Numbered from the stretch's first letter, positions 19,565-30,457 are shown. The stretch: DNA of 64,000 nucleotides from Hydrurus foetidus (GCA_900617105.1 UYFQ01000005.1:1-64000); one strand, 5' to 3'. The notes: generated from the sequence alone by a model not told the origin. Numbers and translations: made by a program.

Positions 19565-20857
19565 TCATGACGGGATGCCGGGCACGACCAAGCCCTGTGA
19601 AATCAAGCCCTTTGTCACCCAGTCGTCAAAAATCGCCAGCACGGTGTCGCAAAACAGCGGGTCGTTGATGTGGGCATCGATGGGGTGCTGTTGTACATGG
19701 GGGGAGAGAGTTGCAAGCAGGCTGCTCAGGGTGGCCATGAAAGCGCTCAAGCCTGCAGCATCGTGGAGTGGCTCACCGGGCCTGTCCCACGCTTCAATAC
19801 CCTGCAAAGGCAGTACCAGTGCGCTAGGGCCGCTGGATTTTCTGAGTTTATCTGCCACCGTGTGGGCGGCGAGCTGGCGCTCTTCAACGCTCATCAGCAC
19901 CGAGGTAATCAGGCGGTTGTGGGCGTGGTGGGGGCGACTGGCGTAGCACTCAAGCAGGGGCTTCCAGGTTTGCAAATCAATCATGTCGATGGCACCGGGG
20001 GCGACGATTTGCGGGATGCCGCGCCGACCTGCGGCTTCCAAGCGGTCAGCCCCCGAAGTGACGACCGAGCCATGCGCCTCGTTGCCCACCTCTTGCAGGC
20101 ACAAATCGAGCACGGCGACAAACTCGCCCTGCGCGGCCAGTGACTCCATCGCCCGGCCCCCCATGCCCGTGCAGTGGAACACCACGGCCTCGTAGCCGCG
20201 TGCTTCCAGAGCAGGTTTGAGCGTCACCATGTAGCTGAGGGCGCTCTTGCCCAGCGAAGTGATAGCAACTTTGGGGCGCTTCACAGCAGAGGTCGCAGGC
20301 ATCACAGGTAGCGCGACAGCACGGCAAGCACCCAAAATAGCCCCGGCGGCTTGGCTCAGGATGGCTTGGCAGATGCTGTTCAAGCCGTACAGGCCACCAG
20401 CCCACAAGATCATCATCAGGTCAGGGGCGAGGCGATCTGGCGGAATCAGGTGCGAGTAGGCGACAGTGGAGATGACGAATTTCGGCATCCCTAGCGGCAA
20501 CGCCGCCGTCACATCCAGCGCCAAATCGGTGCCCATCGTGCCACCCAAGATCAGCACGCCCTGGATGGCACCGGTGTGGTGGCGCTTCAATGCGATGTGG
20601 GTAGCCCCCTCGGCCATCAACGTCATGGCAGCGTTTTCGTCGCCCAACGCGGCAATGGCGGGGATGCTGGTGTTCGCCGCTGCGGCGACTTCGGTGTGGG
20701 GAATGTCCACCGCGATGGCGGGTGTGCCCAGCACGCCGACGTTCATCAGCAGCACCTGCCCGCCGCCTTGGGTGATGCAGTCGCGCATGAAGCACAGTTC
20801 ATCGGCTTTGGTGTCTGCCGTGCCTATCAAAAGGATGGTGGGGGATACCGTGGTCAT
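19565..20857 (-). CDS. Tm-1-like ATP-binding (UPF0261) protein
   Basis: IGTADTKADE, GGTMGT, FHCTGMGG, HAHN. Confidence 0.88.
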   Translation of the reverse strand: MTTVSPTILLIGTADTKADELCFMRDCITQGGGQVLLMNVGVLGTPAIAVDIPHTEVAAAANTSIPAIAALGDENAAMTLMAEGATHIALKRHHTGAIQGVLILGGTMGTDLALDVTAALPLGMPKFVISTVAYSHLIPPDRLAPDLMMILWAGGLYGLNSICQAILSQAAGAILGACRAVALPVMPATSAVKRPKVAITSLGKSALSYMVTLKPALEARGYEAVVFHCTGMGGRAMESLAAQGEFVAVLDLCLQEVGNEAHGSVVTSGADRLEAAGRRGIPQIVAPGAIDMIDLQTWKPLLECYASRPHHAHNRLITSVLMSVEERQLAAHTVADKLRKSSGPSALVLPLQGIEAWDRPGEPLHDAAGLSAFMATLSSLLATLSPHVQQHPIDAHINDPLFCDTVLAIFDDWVTKGLISQGLVVPGIPS

Positions 20858-20877
20858 GGGGTTTCTCTGGGTTTCTC

Positions 20878-21669
20878 TCAAATCGTCGATCCGTGCAAAT
20901 CGTCCATCACTTGGCCGGATTCAGGCAGCGTCATGCCGCCGTCCACCACCAGCGTTTGGCCGGTCACCCAGCGGGCCTCGTCGCTGGCGAGGTAGAGCAT
21001 GGCAAAGGCCACATCGTCCGGCGCACCGGCCTCGCCCAGGGGGATGTAATGCACCAGCCGGGCTTTCACGTCGGGTTGGCTCAAGCGGCCTCGGTTTTTG
21101 GCGATGAAGCCGGGTTCCACGCCATTCACGGTGATGCGGTGCGGTGCCAGCTCCAGCGCGGCGGCCTTGATGAAGCCGTTGACGCCGGCTTTGGCCGCCG
21201 CGTAGTGCGCGGCATTCACCATCGCCGCACGCGGGCCGGTGACGGACGAAGTGATGACGATGCGCCCGCCGCGTGCTTTCAACGCAGGCAGCGCGGCTTG
21301 CGTCAACCAAAAGCAGGTTTTAAGGTTGAGCCGCAGCGTGTCTTCCAAGGTGTCCGCCGTCAGGTCTTCCAGGCTGCTCCAGGGGCAGCCGCCGGCGTTG
21401 TGAACCAGAATATCGAGCCGTCCAAAAGCCGCTACGGTGCGCGCTACGGCCTGCTGGCAACCGGCCTCGGTCGCCTCAAACTCGCAGGCACTGGCACAGA
21501 GGTTGCGCTGACACAGCGTGGCGGCCAGCGTCTGCGCCAAATCCACCGTGCGGTTGGCCAGCATCACGGTGGCACCCGCCTCAGCCAAGCGGGAGGCCAC
21601 AGCGGCACCTATGCCCTGCCCTGCGCCCGTGACCAGTGCTACTTTGCCGTGAAACTGGAAGGGAATCAT
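20878..21669 (-). CDS. SDR oxidoreductase (FabG-like)
   Basis: TGAGQGIG, SSVTG, YAAAK. Confidence 0.93.
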   Translation of the reverse strand: MIPFQFHGKVALVTGAGQGIGAAVASRLAEAGATVMLANRTVDLAQTLAATLCQRNLCASACEFEATEAGCQQAVARTVAAFGRLDILVHNAGGCPWSSLEDLTADTLEDTLRLNLKTCFWLTQAALPALKARGGRIVITSSVTGPRAAMVNAAHYAAAKAGVNGFIKAAALELAPHRITVNGVEPGFIAKNRGRLSQPDVKARLVHYIPLGEAGAPDDVAFAMLYLASDEARWVTGQTLVVDGGMTLPESGQVMDDLHGSTI

Positions 21670-23141
21670 GCTTTAGAGCTTATTAAATATGCGGTAACAG
21701 CTCCTCTTTCGATAGCACCTCTCTCTACAGCACAGGTGCTCAGCAGATCGGTGCAAAACTGATCCAGCACGCTCAGGTAACGTTCGCAATCGGCCTGGGT
21801 GGACGCTGGGCACATCAGCACCATGCTGTGGAACGGGGTAATCAGCACGCCCCGGTTCATGAAGTAGACGTGCATCAGAGACTCCAGCGTGCTGTCGCGC
21901 CCGCGCTTCACGTCGCTGCCGTTGTGCGGCTCGTCGGGGGCGTACATCGTTTCCATGCGTGCGCCCATGTGGGCCACAAACCAGGGCAGACGGTGACGGG
22001 CAATCATCTCGCTGGTGGCCTGGGCCAAGGCTTTCGCCAAGGCCACCATCCCCTTGAATGCCGCAGGGGTCAGCACATGGGTCAGCACCGCACGCACCGC
22101 TGCCACCTGCACGGCGCTGCCCGCCAGCGTGCCGCCAAAACCCAAGTGCGCACTCTGCCGAACCTCGGTAGGGTTGACCTTGGGCACAACCTGCCACATG
22201 CGCTCGGCCACGGCTTGGCTCACGCCATACAGCCCCACGGGGATGCCACCGCCCACCGCCTTGCCGATCACAAAAAAATCGGGCTGCAAACCATGTTCGC
22301 CGGTGTAGCCGCCAGGGCCGTTTGAGAAGGTGTGGGTTTCGTCGATGACGAGCAGCGTGCCCGTCTCGCGGGTGATGCGGCGCAGCGCGTCCAGGTAACC
22401 GGGCTGGGGCGCGATCATGCCGTAGTTGGTCATGAAGGGCTCGGCCAGTACGCAGGCCACGTCATGGGTTTCCAAAGCCGATTGCAAGGCGGCGACATCG
22501 TTGAACTCGATGACGCAGGAGACACGGGCGTGATCGACCGCGTTGGCGTGGATGCCGTTGCGCATCTCCACTTGGCCATCGTCACCCAGGGCCACATGGG
22601 CTTCTTCCACCGAGCCGTGGTAGCAGCCGTTGAACACCAGCACTTTTTCGCGACCCGTCACCATGCGGGCCATGCGGATCACGGCGCGGTTGGCATCGCT
22701 GGCGGAGGTGGTGAAACCCCAGTACGGCAGGCCAAAGCGGCGCGTGAGTTCCTCGCCCACCCACTGTGCATCGGCGGTGGGCAGCATCAAAGTGGAGCCC
22801 TTGGCGAGTTGGGCAGCGACGGCTTGCGTGACGGCAGGGTGGCCGTGGCCGCACATACCCCCGGTGTCACCCAGGCAAAAATCCACGTACTCGTGCCCGT
22901 CTACACAGGTCAGCCGCGTGCCCTCAGCAGCATGGGCGACCAGCGGGAAGCCACCTGACCAGCGACGCATCCAATGCGAGGGCGCGCCATAGAGGTAATG
23001 GGCTTGGCCTTGGGCAAAGCTGGCTTGAGAGAGAGGATGCTTTTGCGCGAACAGGGCTTGCTCGCGCACCAGCATGGCATGGACAGCGGCGGGATTCAGG
23101 GTGTGGGCTGGCAGGTGAGCAGGGGTTAATACATCGGACAT
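21666..23141 (-). CDS. Class-III PLP aminotransferase, GSA-aminomutase-like
   Basis: YHGSV, IDETHT, GKAVGGG, GGTLAG. Confidence 0.9.
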   Translation of the reverse strand: MSDVLTPAHLPAHTLNPAAVHAMLVREQALFAQKHPLSQASFAQGQAHYLYGAPSHWMRRWSGGFPLVAHAAEGTRLTCVDGHEYVDFCLGDTGGMCGHGHPAVTQAVAAQLAKGSTLMLPTADAQWVGEELTRRFGLPYWGFTTSASDANRAVIRMARMVTGREKVLVFNGCYHGSVEEAHVALGDDGQVEMRNGIHANAVDHARVSCVIEFNDVAALQSALETHDVACVLAEPFMTNYGMIAPQPGYLDALRRITRETGTLLVIDETHTFSNGPGGYTGEHGLQPDFFVIGKAVGGGIPVGLYGVSQAVAERMWQVVPKVNPTEVRQSAHLGFGGTLAGSAVQVAAVRAVLTHVLTPAAFKGMVALAKALAQATSEMIARHRLPWFVAHMGARMETMYAPDEPHNGSDVKRGRDSTLESLMHVYFMNRGVLITPFHSMVLMCPASTQADCERYLSVLDQFCTDLLSTCAVERGAIERGAVTAYLISSKA

Positions 23142-23148
23142 GGCTGCC

Positions 23149-24513
23149 TCAACCGGCCACTTTGGCGAACGCGGCTTCCAGCGCATCGCACAGCACATCA
23201 ATTTCTGAGCGGCTGATGGTGAGGGCGGGCGACAAGATGATGTTCGGCCCCGAGGTGCGCACCATCGCCCCCAGGCGGTAGGCTTCGCGGGCGACTGCCG
23301 TCACTTCTTTGGCACCGCGTGCAAAGGAAGCCTTGGTGGCTTTGTCGGCCACCATTTCCAGGCACACCATCAAGCCCACGCCGCGCACATCGCCAATCAG
23401 TCGGTTGCGTGCGCCCAGGTCTTTCAGACGATGCAGCAGGTAATCGCCCTGGCGGGCGGCGTTGCCCACCACGTCCTCACGCTCGATGAAATCCAAGGTT
23501 GCCAGCGCAGCAGCCGCCGCCACCGGGTGGCCGCTGTAGGTGTAGCCGTGGGTGACGGCACCCATCGCGGCATCGCCGGCTTGAAACACCGCAGCCACTT
23601 TTGTCGAGATCGCCGTGGCCCCCAAAGGCACATAGCCGGACGAGATGCCCTTGGCCAGACACCACATGTCCGCCTGCACGCCCCACAGCCGGGTGCCAAA
23701 CAGGTGGCCGGTGCGGCCAAAGCCAGTGACCACTTCGTCGGCAATCAGCAGCACGCCATGTTTGTCGCACACTTTGCGGATCAGCGGCCAGTAATTGGCG
23801 GGCGGCACGATCACGCCGCCGGAGCCTTGCACCGGTTCGGCGATGAAGGCAGCCACGGTGTCCGGGCCTTGGAAGGTGATTTCGCGGTCAAGCTGCTCAG
23901 CGCAGATTTCGGCCAAACGGGTCGGGTCGTCGGTGTAGGGGTTACGGTAAACCCAGGGCGTATCGACGTGAAAGCAGCCGGGCAGCAGCGGCTCGTAGTT
24001 GCGGCGAAAGTTGGTGTTGCCGTTGACGCTCATGCCGCCGAAATGCACACCGTGGTAGCCCATGCGCAGCGAAATGTACTTGGTACGGTCGCCCTGGCCT
24101 TGGATTTTCCAGTACTGGCGGGCCAGCTTCAGTGCGCCCTCCACCGCGTCAGAGCCGCCGTTGCTGAAAAACACCGCGCCCACGCCATCTGGTTCCATCA
24201 GCTTGACCAGCCGGGCTGACAGCTCAATCGCTCGCGGATGGGTCGTGCCCCGAAAAGTGTTGTAGAACGCCAGTTCGTCGAGCTGGGCGACGATGGCATC
24301 GCGGATTTCGCGGCGGCCAAAGCCCAAGTTGGCACTCCACAGCCCGCCTACGCCGTCGATCATTTTGTGGCCGTCCACATCCCAAATCCAACTGCCCTCG
24401 CCGCGCGCAATGATGTCGGGCGGCGTGTCTTGCATGGCTTTGGGGTGGGCCATCGGGTGCCACAGGTACTGGGCATTGGCGGCTTTGAGTTCGGTGACTG
24501 TCATCGGTGTCAT
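23149..24513 (-). CDS. Class-III omega-amine aminotransferase (recalled similarity to Pseudomonas HinC/PA0221)
   Basis: GGSDAVE, GYHG, ADEVVTGFGRTG, AKGISSGY, HGYTYSGHP. Confidence 0.9.
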   Translation of the reverse strand: MTPMTVTELKAANAQYLWHPMAHPKAMQDTPPDIIARGEGSWIWDVDGHKMIDGVGGLWSANLGFGRREIRDAIVAQLDELAFYNTFRGTTHPRAIELSARLVKLMEPDGVGAVFFSNGGSDAVEGALKLARQYWKIQGQGDRTKYISLRMGYHGVHFGGMSVNGNTNFRRNYEPLLPGCFHVDTPWVYRNPYTDDPTRLAEICAEQLDREITFQGPDTVAAFIAEPVQGSGGVIVPPANYWPLIRKVCDKHGVLLIADEVVTGFGRTGHLFGTRLWGVQADMWCLAKGISSGYVPLGATAISTKVAAVFQAGDAAMGAVTHGYTYSGHPVAAAAALATLDFIEREDVVGNAARQGDYLLHRLKDLGARNRLIGDVRGVGLMVCLEMVADKATKASFARGAKEVTAVAREAYRLGAMVRTSGPNIILSPALTISRSEIDVLCDALEAAFAKVAG

Positions 24514-25235
24514 GGCGCGGCTTTCGTGAAGGCGATACGGTCAAGTTGAAGGCGGGCAGCAATGGCGGCAATGTTGCCGTCAATGTCGCGCAGATCGAAA
24601 TACTGGGTTTGCAGGCCCACGTGCTGCGCACCGGCGATGTTGCGGAATTGGTCGTCCACAAACAAAATCTCGTCAGGGCGCAACTGCAAGGCGGTGATGC
24701 TGAGGGCGTAGGCACGCGGGTCAGGCTTCAAGATGCCGTTGTGCGTAGCATCGACCACGCTGTGCATGTGGGTCAGCACTTCCATGCGCTCTAAAAAAGC
24801 TTTGCCATAAAAAAGCTCCATCTCGTTGGTCAAAATCGCAACCGTGATGCCTTGGGCGCGGGCTTGTTGAATCAACGCCGCCATCGCAGGGCGCACCACG
24901 GTGTTCGGGTCAACTTGGCGAATGCGCGTCAGCATGGCGATCACGTCCCAGTGAGGCTCACCCACCAGTGTGCCGAGTTCGCGAGCGCGGGTGGCCCAGT
25001 AATCGCGCTCCGTGAGCTCATCACGCTGCATGGCCTGCCACAGCGGGTCGGTGCTGGGGTCAAGTGGCCCCATCCAGGTCAGGCTGCCTGCGGGCAAGCC
25101 CAGAATGCGCTCGGTGTCGCGGTGGCGCTCAAACACCGAGATGCTGATGACGGCACCGAAATCGAGCAGCAGGGCTTTGGGCGGGGGTTGCGTCAAAATG
25201 GGGAATATTGGGGGTGACATTGCGTCGTGCGGCAT
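24510..25235 (-). CDS. HAD-IA family hydrolase
   Basis: LDFGAV, LTN, KPDPRAY, FVDD. Confidence 0.88.
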   Translation of the reverse strand: MPHDAMSPPIFPILTQPPPKALLLDFGAVISISVFERHRDTERILGLPAGSLTWMGPLDPSTDPLWQAMQRDELTERDYWATRARELGTLVGEPHWDVIAMLTRIRQVDPNTVVRPAMAALIQQARAQGITVAILTNEMELFYGKAFLERMEVLTHMHSVVDATHNGILKPDPRAYALSITALQLRPDEILFVDDQFRNIAGAQHVGLQTQYFDLRDIDGNIAAIAARLQLDRIAFTKAAP

Positions 25236-25260
25236 GGCTTGCGCCCTTATTCAAAATTAT

Positions 25261-26700
25261 TCACAGACTGGCAACGCTGATGAGCTTTACCTCGGTGTAG
25301 CTGAGCAAGCCTTCCAGCCCGCTTTCTTGCCCCAGGCCACTGTCTTTCATCCCGCCAAACGGTGTTTCGGGCTGGGAAACGCCAAAGTGGTTGATACCCA
25401 CCATGCCGGCCTCCAAACCCTGCCCCAGCGTGTGGGCGGTCATCAAATCGCGGGTGAAGGCGTAGGCTGCGAGGCCGTAGGGCAAGGCATTGGCACGGGT
25501 CAGGGCTTCGTCCAGGTCATCGAACACATCCAGCAGCGCGATGGGACCAAAAGGTTCTTGGGTTTGCACACGGGCACTTGCGGGGGTGGCCTCCAGTACG
25601 GTGGGCGGGTAAAAGCTGCCCAGCAAGTCCAAGCGCTTACCGCCGCACAGCAGGGTGGCACCTTGGGCCAGTGCGTCGTCAACGAAGGCTTGCATTTCAC
25701 CGATGCGGCGCTCGTGAATCAAGGGGCCAAACTGGGTGGCAGCCTCCAAGCCATTGCCGCATGTCAAGGCCACCGTACCAGCGACAAAAGCCGTGCGAAA
25801 CGCTTCGTACTGCGAGCGATGCACCAAAAATCGAATCGGTGAAGCGCAGACTTGGCCTGCGTTCCTGAACTTGGCGGGAACGGCCAGCTTAGCGACCGCA
25901 GCGCCATCGGCATCGCTGCACACGATGACTGGGGCATGGCCGCCCAGCTCAGCCGTGTAGCGCTTCATGTGCCGCGCGGCCAGCTCGCCCAACAGCTTGC
26001 CCACCGGCACCGAACCGGTGAACGACACCTTGGCAATCACCGGGCTGGCAATCAGCGCGGCGGAAATCTCTGCCGGGTGGCCCAGCACCATGTTCAGCAC
26101 GCCCGGCGGCAAACCTGCATCGTGAAAAGCCTGCACCAGCGCCATGCAGGTGGCAGGCGTTTCTTCCGCCGGTTTGATGATGATGCTGCACCCGGCCGCC
26201 AACGCGCCGCCGATTTTTCGTGCTGGCAGATTGGCCGGGAAGTTCCACGGCGTGAACGCTGCCACCGGGCCGACGGGCACGCGGCACACGGTTTGACTGA
26301 GCACATTGGGCAGGCGCGCAGGCACGCTACGGTTGGCCAAACGCTTGCCTTCTTCGGCCAAAAAATCAATCAAATCGGCGCTGAGCTGAACTTCACGTAG
26401 CGCCTCAGCCAAGGGCTTGCCTTGCTCCAGCGTCAAGGTGCGGGCGATAGCGGGGGCACGTTGGCGGATCAGCGCTGTGGCTTGCGTGATGATGCGAAAT
26501 CGCTCCAGCGGCAAGGTGCGTGACCAAACTTTAAAGCCCTGGGCTGCGGCAGCCAAAGCAGCCGTCAACTCGGCCTCCCCTGCGACAGGGAGCTCACCCA
26601 AAAGCGTGCTATCGGCAGGGTTAAAAATGGGCAACATGCCCAGTGCGGTACGGGCTACCCATTCACCGTTGATGAAGAGTTGAACTGCGGGATATGACAT
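25261..26700 (-). CDS. NAD(P)-dependent aldehyde dehydrogenase, succinate-semialdehyde dehydrogenase-like
   Basis: PWNFP, FTGS, ELGG, NAGQVC, EPFGP. Confidence 0.93.
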   Translation of the reverse strand: MSYPAVQLFINGEWVARTALGMLPIFNPADSTLLGELPVAGEAELTAALAAAAQGFKVWSRTLPLERFRIITQATALIRQRAPAIARTLTLEQGKPLAEALREVQLSADLIDFLAEEGKRLANRSVPARLPNVLSQTVCRVPVGPVAAFTPWNFPANLPARKIGGALAAGCSIIIKPAEETPATCMALVQAFHDAGLPPGVLNMVLGHPAEISAALIASPVIAKVSFTGSVPVGKLLGELAARHMKRYTAELGGHAPVIVCSDADGAAVAKLAVPAKFRNAGQVCASPIRFLVHRSQYEAFRTAFVAGTVALTCGNGLEAATQFGPLIHERRIGEMQAFVDDALAQGATLLCGGKRLDLLGSFYPPTVLEATPASARVQTQEPFGPIALLDVFDDLDEALTRANALPYGLAAYAFTRDLMTAHTLGQGLEAGMVGINHFGVSQPETPFGGMKDSGLGQESGLEGLLSYTEVKLISVASL

Positions 26701-26726
26701 GGCCTTGCGCCCTTTCTGTAGGCTTC

Positions 26727-26768
26727 AGTTTAAGTTAAATTCATTTCATTGTCAACGAATTTAACTTA
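26727..26768 (-). promoter_or_regulatory. Promoter with palindromic operator (site 1)
   Basis: Minus strand TTGACA (26755-26750), 17 nt, TAAACT (26732-26727); operator TTTCATTGTCAACGAAT 26744-26760; 12-bp inverted repeat 26731-26742 / 26757-26768. Confidence 0.8.
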
Positions 26769-26815
26769 CTCTAAAAATCTTTAAAAAACACTTCAAAAGT
26801 GTCATAAAACCAGCC

Positions 26816-27067
26816 TCAAAGTTTCAAGCTGTAGGCTATCAATTTGTCCAAGATCCGATCCAGTTACAGCTTCTCATCAGTATCCAAGACATCCAAAAAT
26901 CAGACTTTGGTGCTGGCGGAACGGGGGGCGATGTCGCCGCACATCTTGGTGCCCGCCTTGGTGATCAAAAGCAACACGCATCGCCTGTCTTCGGGGTCAA
27001 TCACCGAGTTGATGAGGTCCAAATCGACCAAGTAGCGTAAGGCCCTTGACACGCGAGATTTGTCCAT
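26816..27067 (-). pseudogene. Decayed paralogue of the marR gene at 36495-37067
   Basis: MDKSRVSRALRYLVDL...TKAGTKMCGDIAP...*FLDVLDTDEKL*LDRILDKL; stops at 26900-26902 and 26864-26866. Confidence 0.9.
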
Positions 27068-27135
27068 TTGTGCTCTGCACTTTCAGCGGTAATACCAGGT
27101 TCGAGGGCAATGCAGAAACGATGACTTTTAACGTT

Positions 27136-28077
27136 TCATTTGAGCAAGCCTTGACGCGAAAACAAAATAAGCTGGGGCCCTGCACTCAACAGCAGCGCAG
27201 TCAATGTTGCCCGATCAGCACGGGTTTGCGCACTGAAGCTGCCCCCGCAATCTTGACTGGTGAGTAACAGACCGTCCAGACCCACCGCAGCCACCTGAGT
27301 GCCACGACTGGCCAACCCGGTGATAGAGGAGTGACTGTGCGTTTCTATGCGCGACCATGTACCACCTTCGTCCGTACTGCGGTAGAGCGATCCGCGCTGC
27401 CCGGCCAACAGCAAACTGCCATCGGCACAGGCTAAGCCACTCCAAAACGAACCTTTGTACCCGGTGGACAAATAACGCCAGGTCTGGCCTTGGTCGTCTG
27501 AGCGCAGCACCATGCCGCGCTCGGCCGCAACATACACATGCCCCTGCGCATCGGCAAACAAGCCAAGCAAATTCAAGTCCGCTTTCTTCGCCCCCGCAGG
27601 TACAGGCGGCATCTGGGTAGCCCAGCTCTTGCCACCATCATGGGTGGTAAGTATCAGCGACCACAAACCGACAGCCACGCCATGACTAGCATCCCAAAAA
27701 TGCACGGCAAACAATGGACGGTCATTGACAAAGTCTATGCGCTGCTGCGCCCAATGCTCGCCGCCATCTGTGGTGTGCAGTATCTGCCCCGCGTGCCCTA
27801 CGGCCCAGCCCAGTTTGGCATCGACAAAACTGACCGACGTCAGTGCAAAGTCGCTTGGCACAAGCTGCGCTTGTCTGAAGTTCTTACCGTCATCGTCAGA
27901 CAACAGAACGACACCGTGGTCTCCAACCGCGACGACGCGCGAGCCAGCCCGTGTCGCAGCCAGCATGGTGGATTGAGTAGCATAAGCAACGCGCACAGCA
28001 GGCACCGATTGCGCGTGTGTAAGGCCCTGCGTGCATAACAGGGCACAGGTAAAAAAATAGGCAAGGTATTTAATCAT
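27136..28077 (-). CDS. YCF48-like BNR-repeat beta-propeller
   Basis: Signal peptide; repeated (S/T)xDGGxxW boxes. Confidence 0.9.
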   Translation of the reverse strand: MIKYLAYFFTCALLCTQGLTHAQSVPAVRVAYATQSTMLAATRAGSRVVAVGDHGVVLLSDDDGKNFRQAQLVPSDFALTSVSFVDAKLGWAVGHAGQILHTTDGGEHWAQQRIDFVNDRPLFAVHFWDASHGVAVGLWSLILTTHDGGKSWATQMPPVPAGAKKADLNLLGLFADAQGHVYVAAERGMVLRSDDQGQTWRYLSTGYKGSFWSGLACADGSLLLAGQRGSLYRSTDEGGTWSRIETHSHSSITGLASRGTQVAAVGLDGLLLTSQDCGGSFSAQTRADRATLTALLLSAGPQLILFSRQGLLK

Positions 28078-30457
28078 GTTGCATCAAACCAGATGCCTTA
28101 ACGGCTTGCTTTCGCGGAAACAGTTTCTCCAACCACACCGCCATTGCGGGCAGTGCCGTCATCGCCATCACCATGTTGACGATGAACATAAAGGCCAGTA
28201 ATTTGCCCATGTCCGCCTGGAATTTCAGCTCCGAAAACGACCATGTCGCCACACCTACGGCCAACGTCAGTGCGGTAAAAATAGTGGCCATGCCTACTTC
28301 CAAAATCGCGTTTTCAATCGCCAGTCCGATCGCTAGGCCTGCGGCCATGTGCAACTGCACACGGTTGTAGATGTAAAAAGCATAGTCCACCCCAATGCCC
28401 ACAGCCAGCACCATGACAGGTAGCGTGGCCACGGTCAGCCCAATCTCCAATTCCTTCATGAACCAGTAGCCAATAAAGGTGCCCACCGTGAGCGGCAAGC
28501 AGCAGGCAATGACGGCACGCCAATCCCGGTACACGACAAATACAAAGATAACGATGGCGGCATAGACATAGAGCATCATGGGGAGTTCGCTGCGTTCGAC
28601 TTCATCGTCAATAGCGGCCAACACACCAGCATTGCCAGCCGCCAGGCGGATGTGGATACCGGGTGCGGTATTTTGGGCCCGAAAGTCTTTGACCGCGGCA
28701 ATCACACTGCGGATGGTGCTGGCTTTGTGGTCAGTCAAATACAGGTGGACTGCCGTCATGCTGCAATCCTTGCGCATGATGCCCCGTATGCGTGAAATCT
28801 CTGTGGACAGCGCAGCATAATTACCAGTGTCCAAGGGCACTACCGTCATCTTAGGGTTGCCTTCGTTGTAACCCTCATTGAACAACCGCAATTGCCCCGC
28901 ATAGGATGAGATAGAGAGCACACCGGGCACGGTTTGCATAGCCCAAGTGAAACGGTCTTGGTACAAACCAGGAGCCACATCGTCGCAATTGGCAACGCCT
29001 TCACCTTTTTCATTTTTGGGTGCGTATTCAAACACCACGCTCAGCCAATCCAGACCGGTGTCGTAGTTACTGGAAATAGCTAGAGCATCGCGGTTGAAAC
29101 GTGCGTCTTGGCGCAACTCGGGCGCACCTGGCTGCAATGTGCCCACCACACGATCGCGGCTTTGCCAGATAGCGACGGAAAAGACAACGGCAGTCACGGC
29201 CAAAACGATAACGGCATTGCGCGGCTCCGCACAACGGGCCAAGGTGCGTAGCCAACCTGAACGCTGCTCGCGTTTCAAAATAGCCTTTTCTGCGTATTCC
29301 TTTTTGACATCGAAATACGAGGCGGCAATGGGCAGCATCACCAAGTTGGTGATGATCTTGAAAGCCACGCCGAGTGAAGCCGTGATCGCTAACTCACGCA
29401 CCATCGGAATGGGGATGAGCAGCAGTGTGATGAACGAAACAAACGCGGTCAGCAGGGCCAACGAGCCGGGAATCAAGAGTCCGGTAAAACTGTCACGACA
29501 CGCATCGAAAGTGGACCGTCCGTGCGAAATTTGGCGCACGATGAAGTTGATCTGTTGCACACCATGCGAGACACCAATGGCAAATACGAGAAAGGGCACC
29601 AGCACAGCAAGCGGATCTAAACCAAATCCAAGCAGTCGCAAGGCACCAAACTGCCAAACCAACGAGGTCAGCGAACACACGATAGGCAACAAGGTGAAGC
29701 GCACCGAGTGGCAATACCAGTACACAGCCAAGGCAGTCAGCACCAAAGCAATCGCACAAAAGCGGAGCACCGATTGCGCACCATCGGCGATGTCGCCAAT
29801 CTGTTTGGCAAAACCAATGATTTGCACCTCGTATTTGTCGTCCTCAAACTTACGGCGTATCTCCTGTTCCAAGATTTGGTTATAAGTGATGTAGTCCAGT
29901 TTGTTACCGTTACGGTCGAACTCAATCAACTCGGCCATCACCATGGCACTGGATTCATCGCGCGACACCAAGGTGCCCACAAAGCCACCCCGTGCCGTGG
30001 TGCTGCGGATATTGGCAATGTTCTCGGCACTGAGTTGATCGGGGGTAATGCTGCCGTCAATCAAAGGATCGGCTCTGAACCCATCTTCCGTGATCTCATT
30101 GACAAAGCTGTTCGGCGTCCACAGTGACTGCACACCCAAGCGCTCAACGCTGGGTAAAAAGCTGACGGCTTGCGTCAACTCATACAAGCGCTTAAGGGCA
30201 TCGGGGTTCCAAATACTGCTTTTCTTACCGCCTTGCTCTCGCACCTTCAGCACAAAGTTGAGGCGGTTGGCCCCCAGCAAATCGGCACGGTAGGCTTGAA
30301 AGGTTTGAATGTATTCGTGCCCCAGTGGCATTTGCTTCTCAAAACCCGCATCCATTTTGAGCTGCACCGCGAACCAAAGTAACAACGCGGTCACCGTGGC
30401 CAACGCCATCAGAACCGCGCCTCTGCGGGCAAATAGCCAAGTTTCTAAATGGTGCAT
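28070..30457 (-). CDS. MMPL/RND-superfamily transporter
   Basis: Two TM bundles with periplasmic domains; FAIGVSHGVQ, GIGVDY, LKFQADMG. Confidence 0.92.
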   Translation of the reverse strand: MHHLETWLFARRGAVLMALATVTALLLWFAVQLKMDAGFEKQMPLGHEYIQTFQAYRADLLGANRLNFVLKVREQGGKKSSIWNPDALKRLYELTQAVSFLPSVERLGVQSLWTPNSFVNEITEDGFRADPLIDGSITPDQLSAENIANIRSTTARGGFVGTLVSRDESSAMVMAELIEFDRNGNKLDYITYNQILEQEIRRKFEDDKYEVQIIGFAKQIGDIADGAQSVLRFCAIALVLTALAVYWYCHSVRFTLLPIVCSLTSLVWQFGALRLLGFGLDPLAVLVPFLVFAIGVSHGVQQINFIVRQISHGRSTFDACRDSFTGLLIPGSLALLTAFVSFITLLLIPIPMVRELAITASLGVAFKIITNLVMLPIAASYFDVKKEYAEKAILKREQRSGWLRTLARCAEPRNAVIVLAVTAVVFSVAIWQSRDRVVGTLQPGAPELRQDARFNRDALAISSNYDTGLDWLSVVFEYAPKNEKGEGVANCDDVAPGLYQDRFTWAMQTVPGVLSISSYAGQLRLFNEGYNEGNPKMTVVPLDTGNYAALSTEISRIRGIMRKDCSMTAVHLYLTDHKASTIRSVIAAVKDFRAQNTAPGIHIRLAAGNAGVLAAIDDEVERSELPMMLYVYAAIVIFVFVVYRDWRAVIACCLPLTVGTFIGYWFMKELEIGLTVATLPVMVLAVGIGVDYAFYIYNRVQLHMAAGLAIGLAIENAILEVGMATIFTALTLAVGVATWSFSELKFQADMGKLLAFMFIVNMVMAMTALPAMAVWLEKLFPRKQAVKASGLMQHD

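Noticed and set aside
26844..27267. Short ORFs in the ALDH-YCF48 gap
   Set aside because: Explained by the marR pseudogene and the YCF48 gene end
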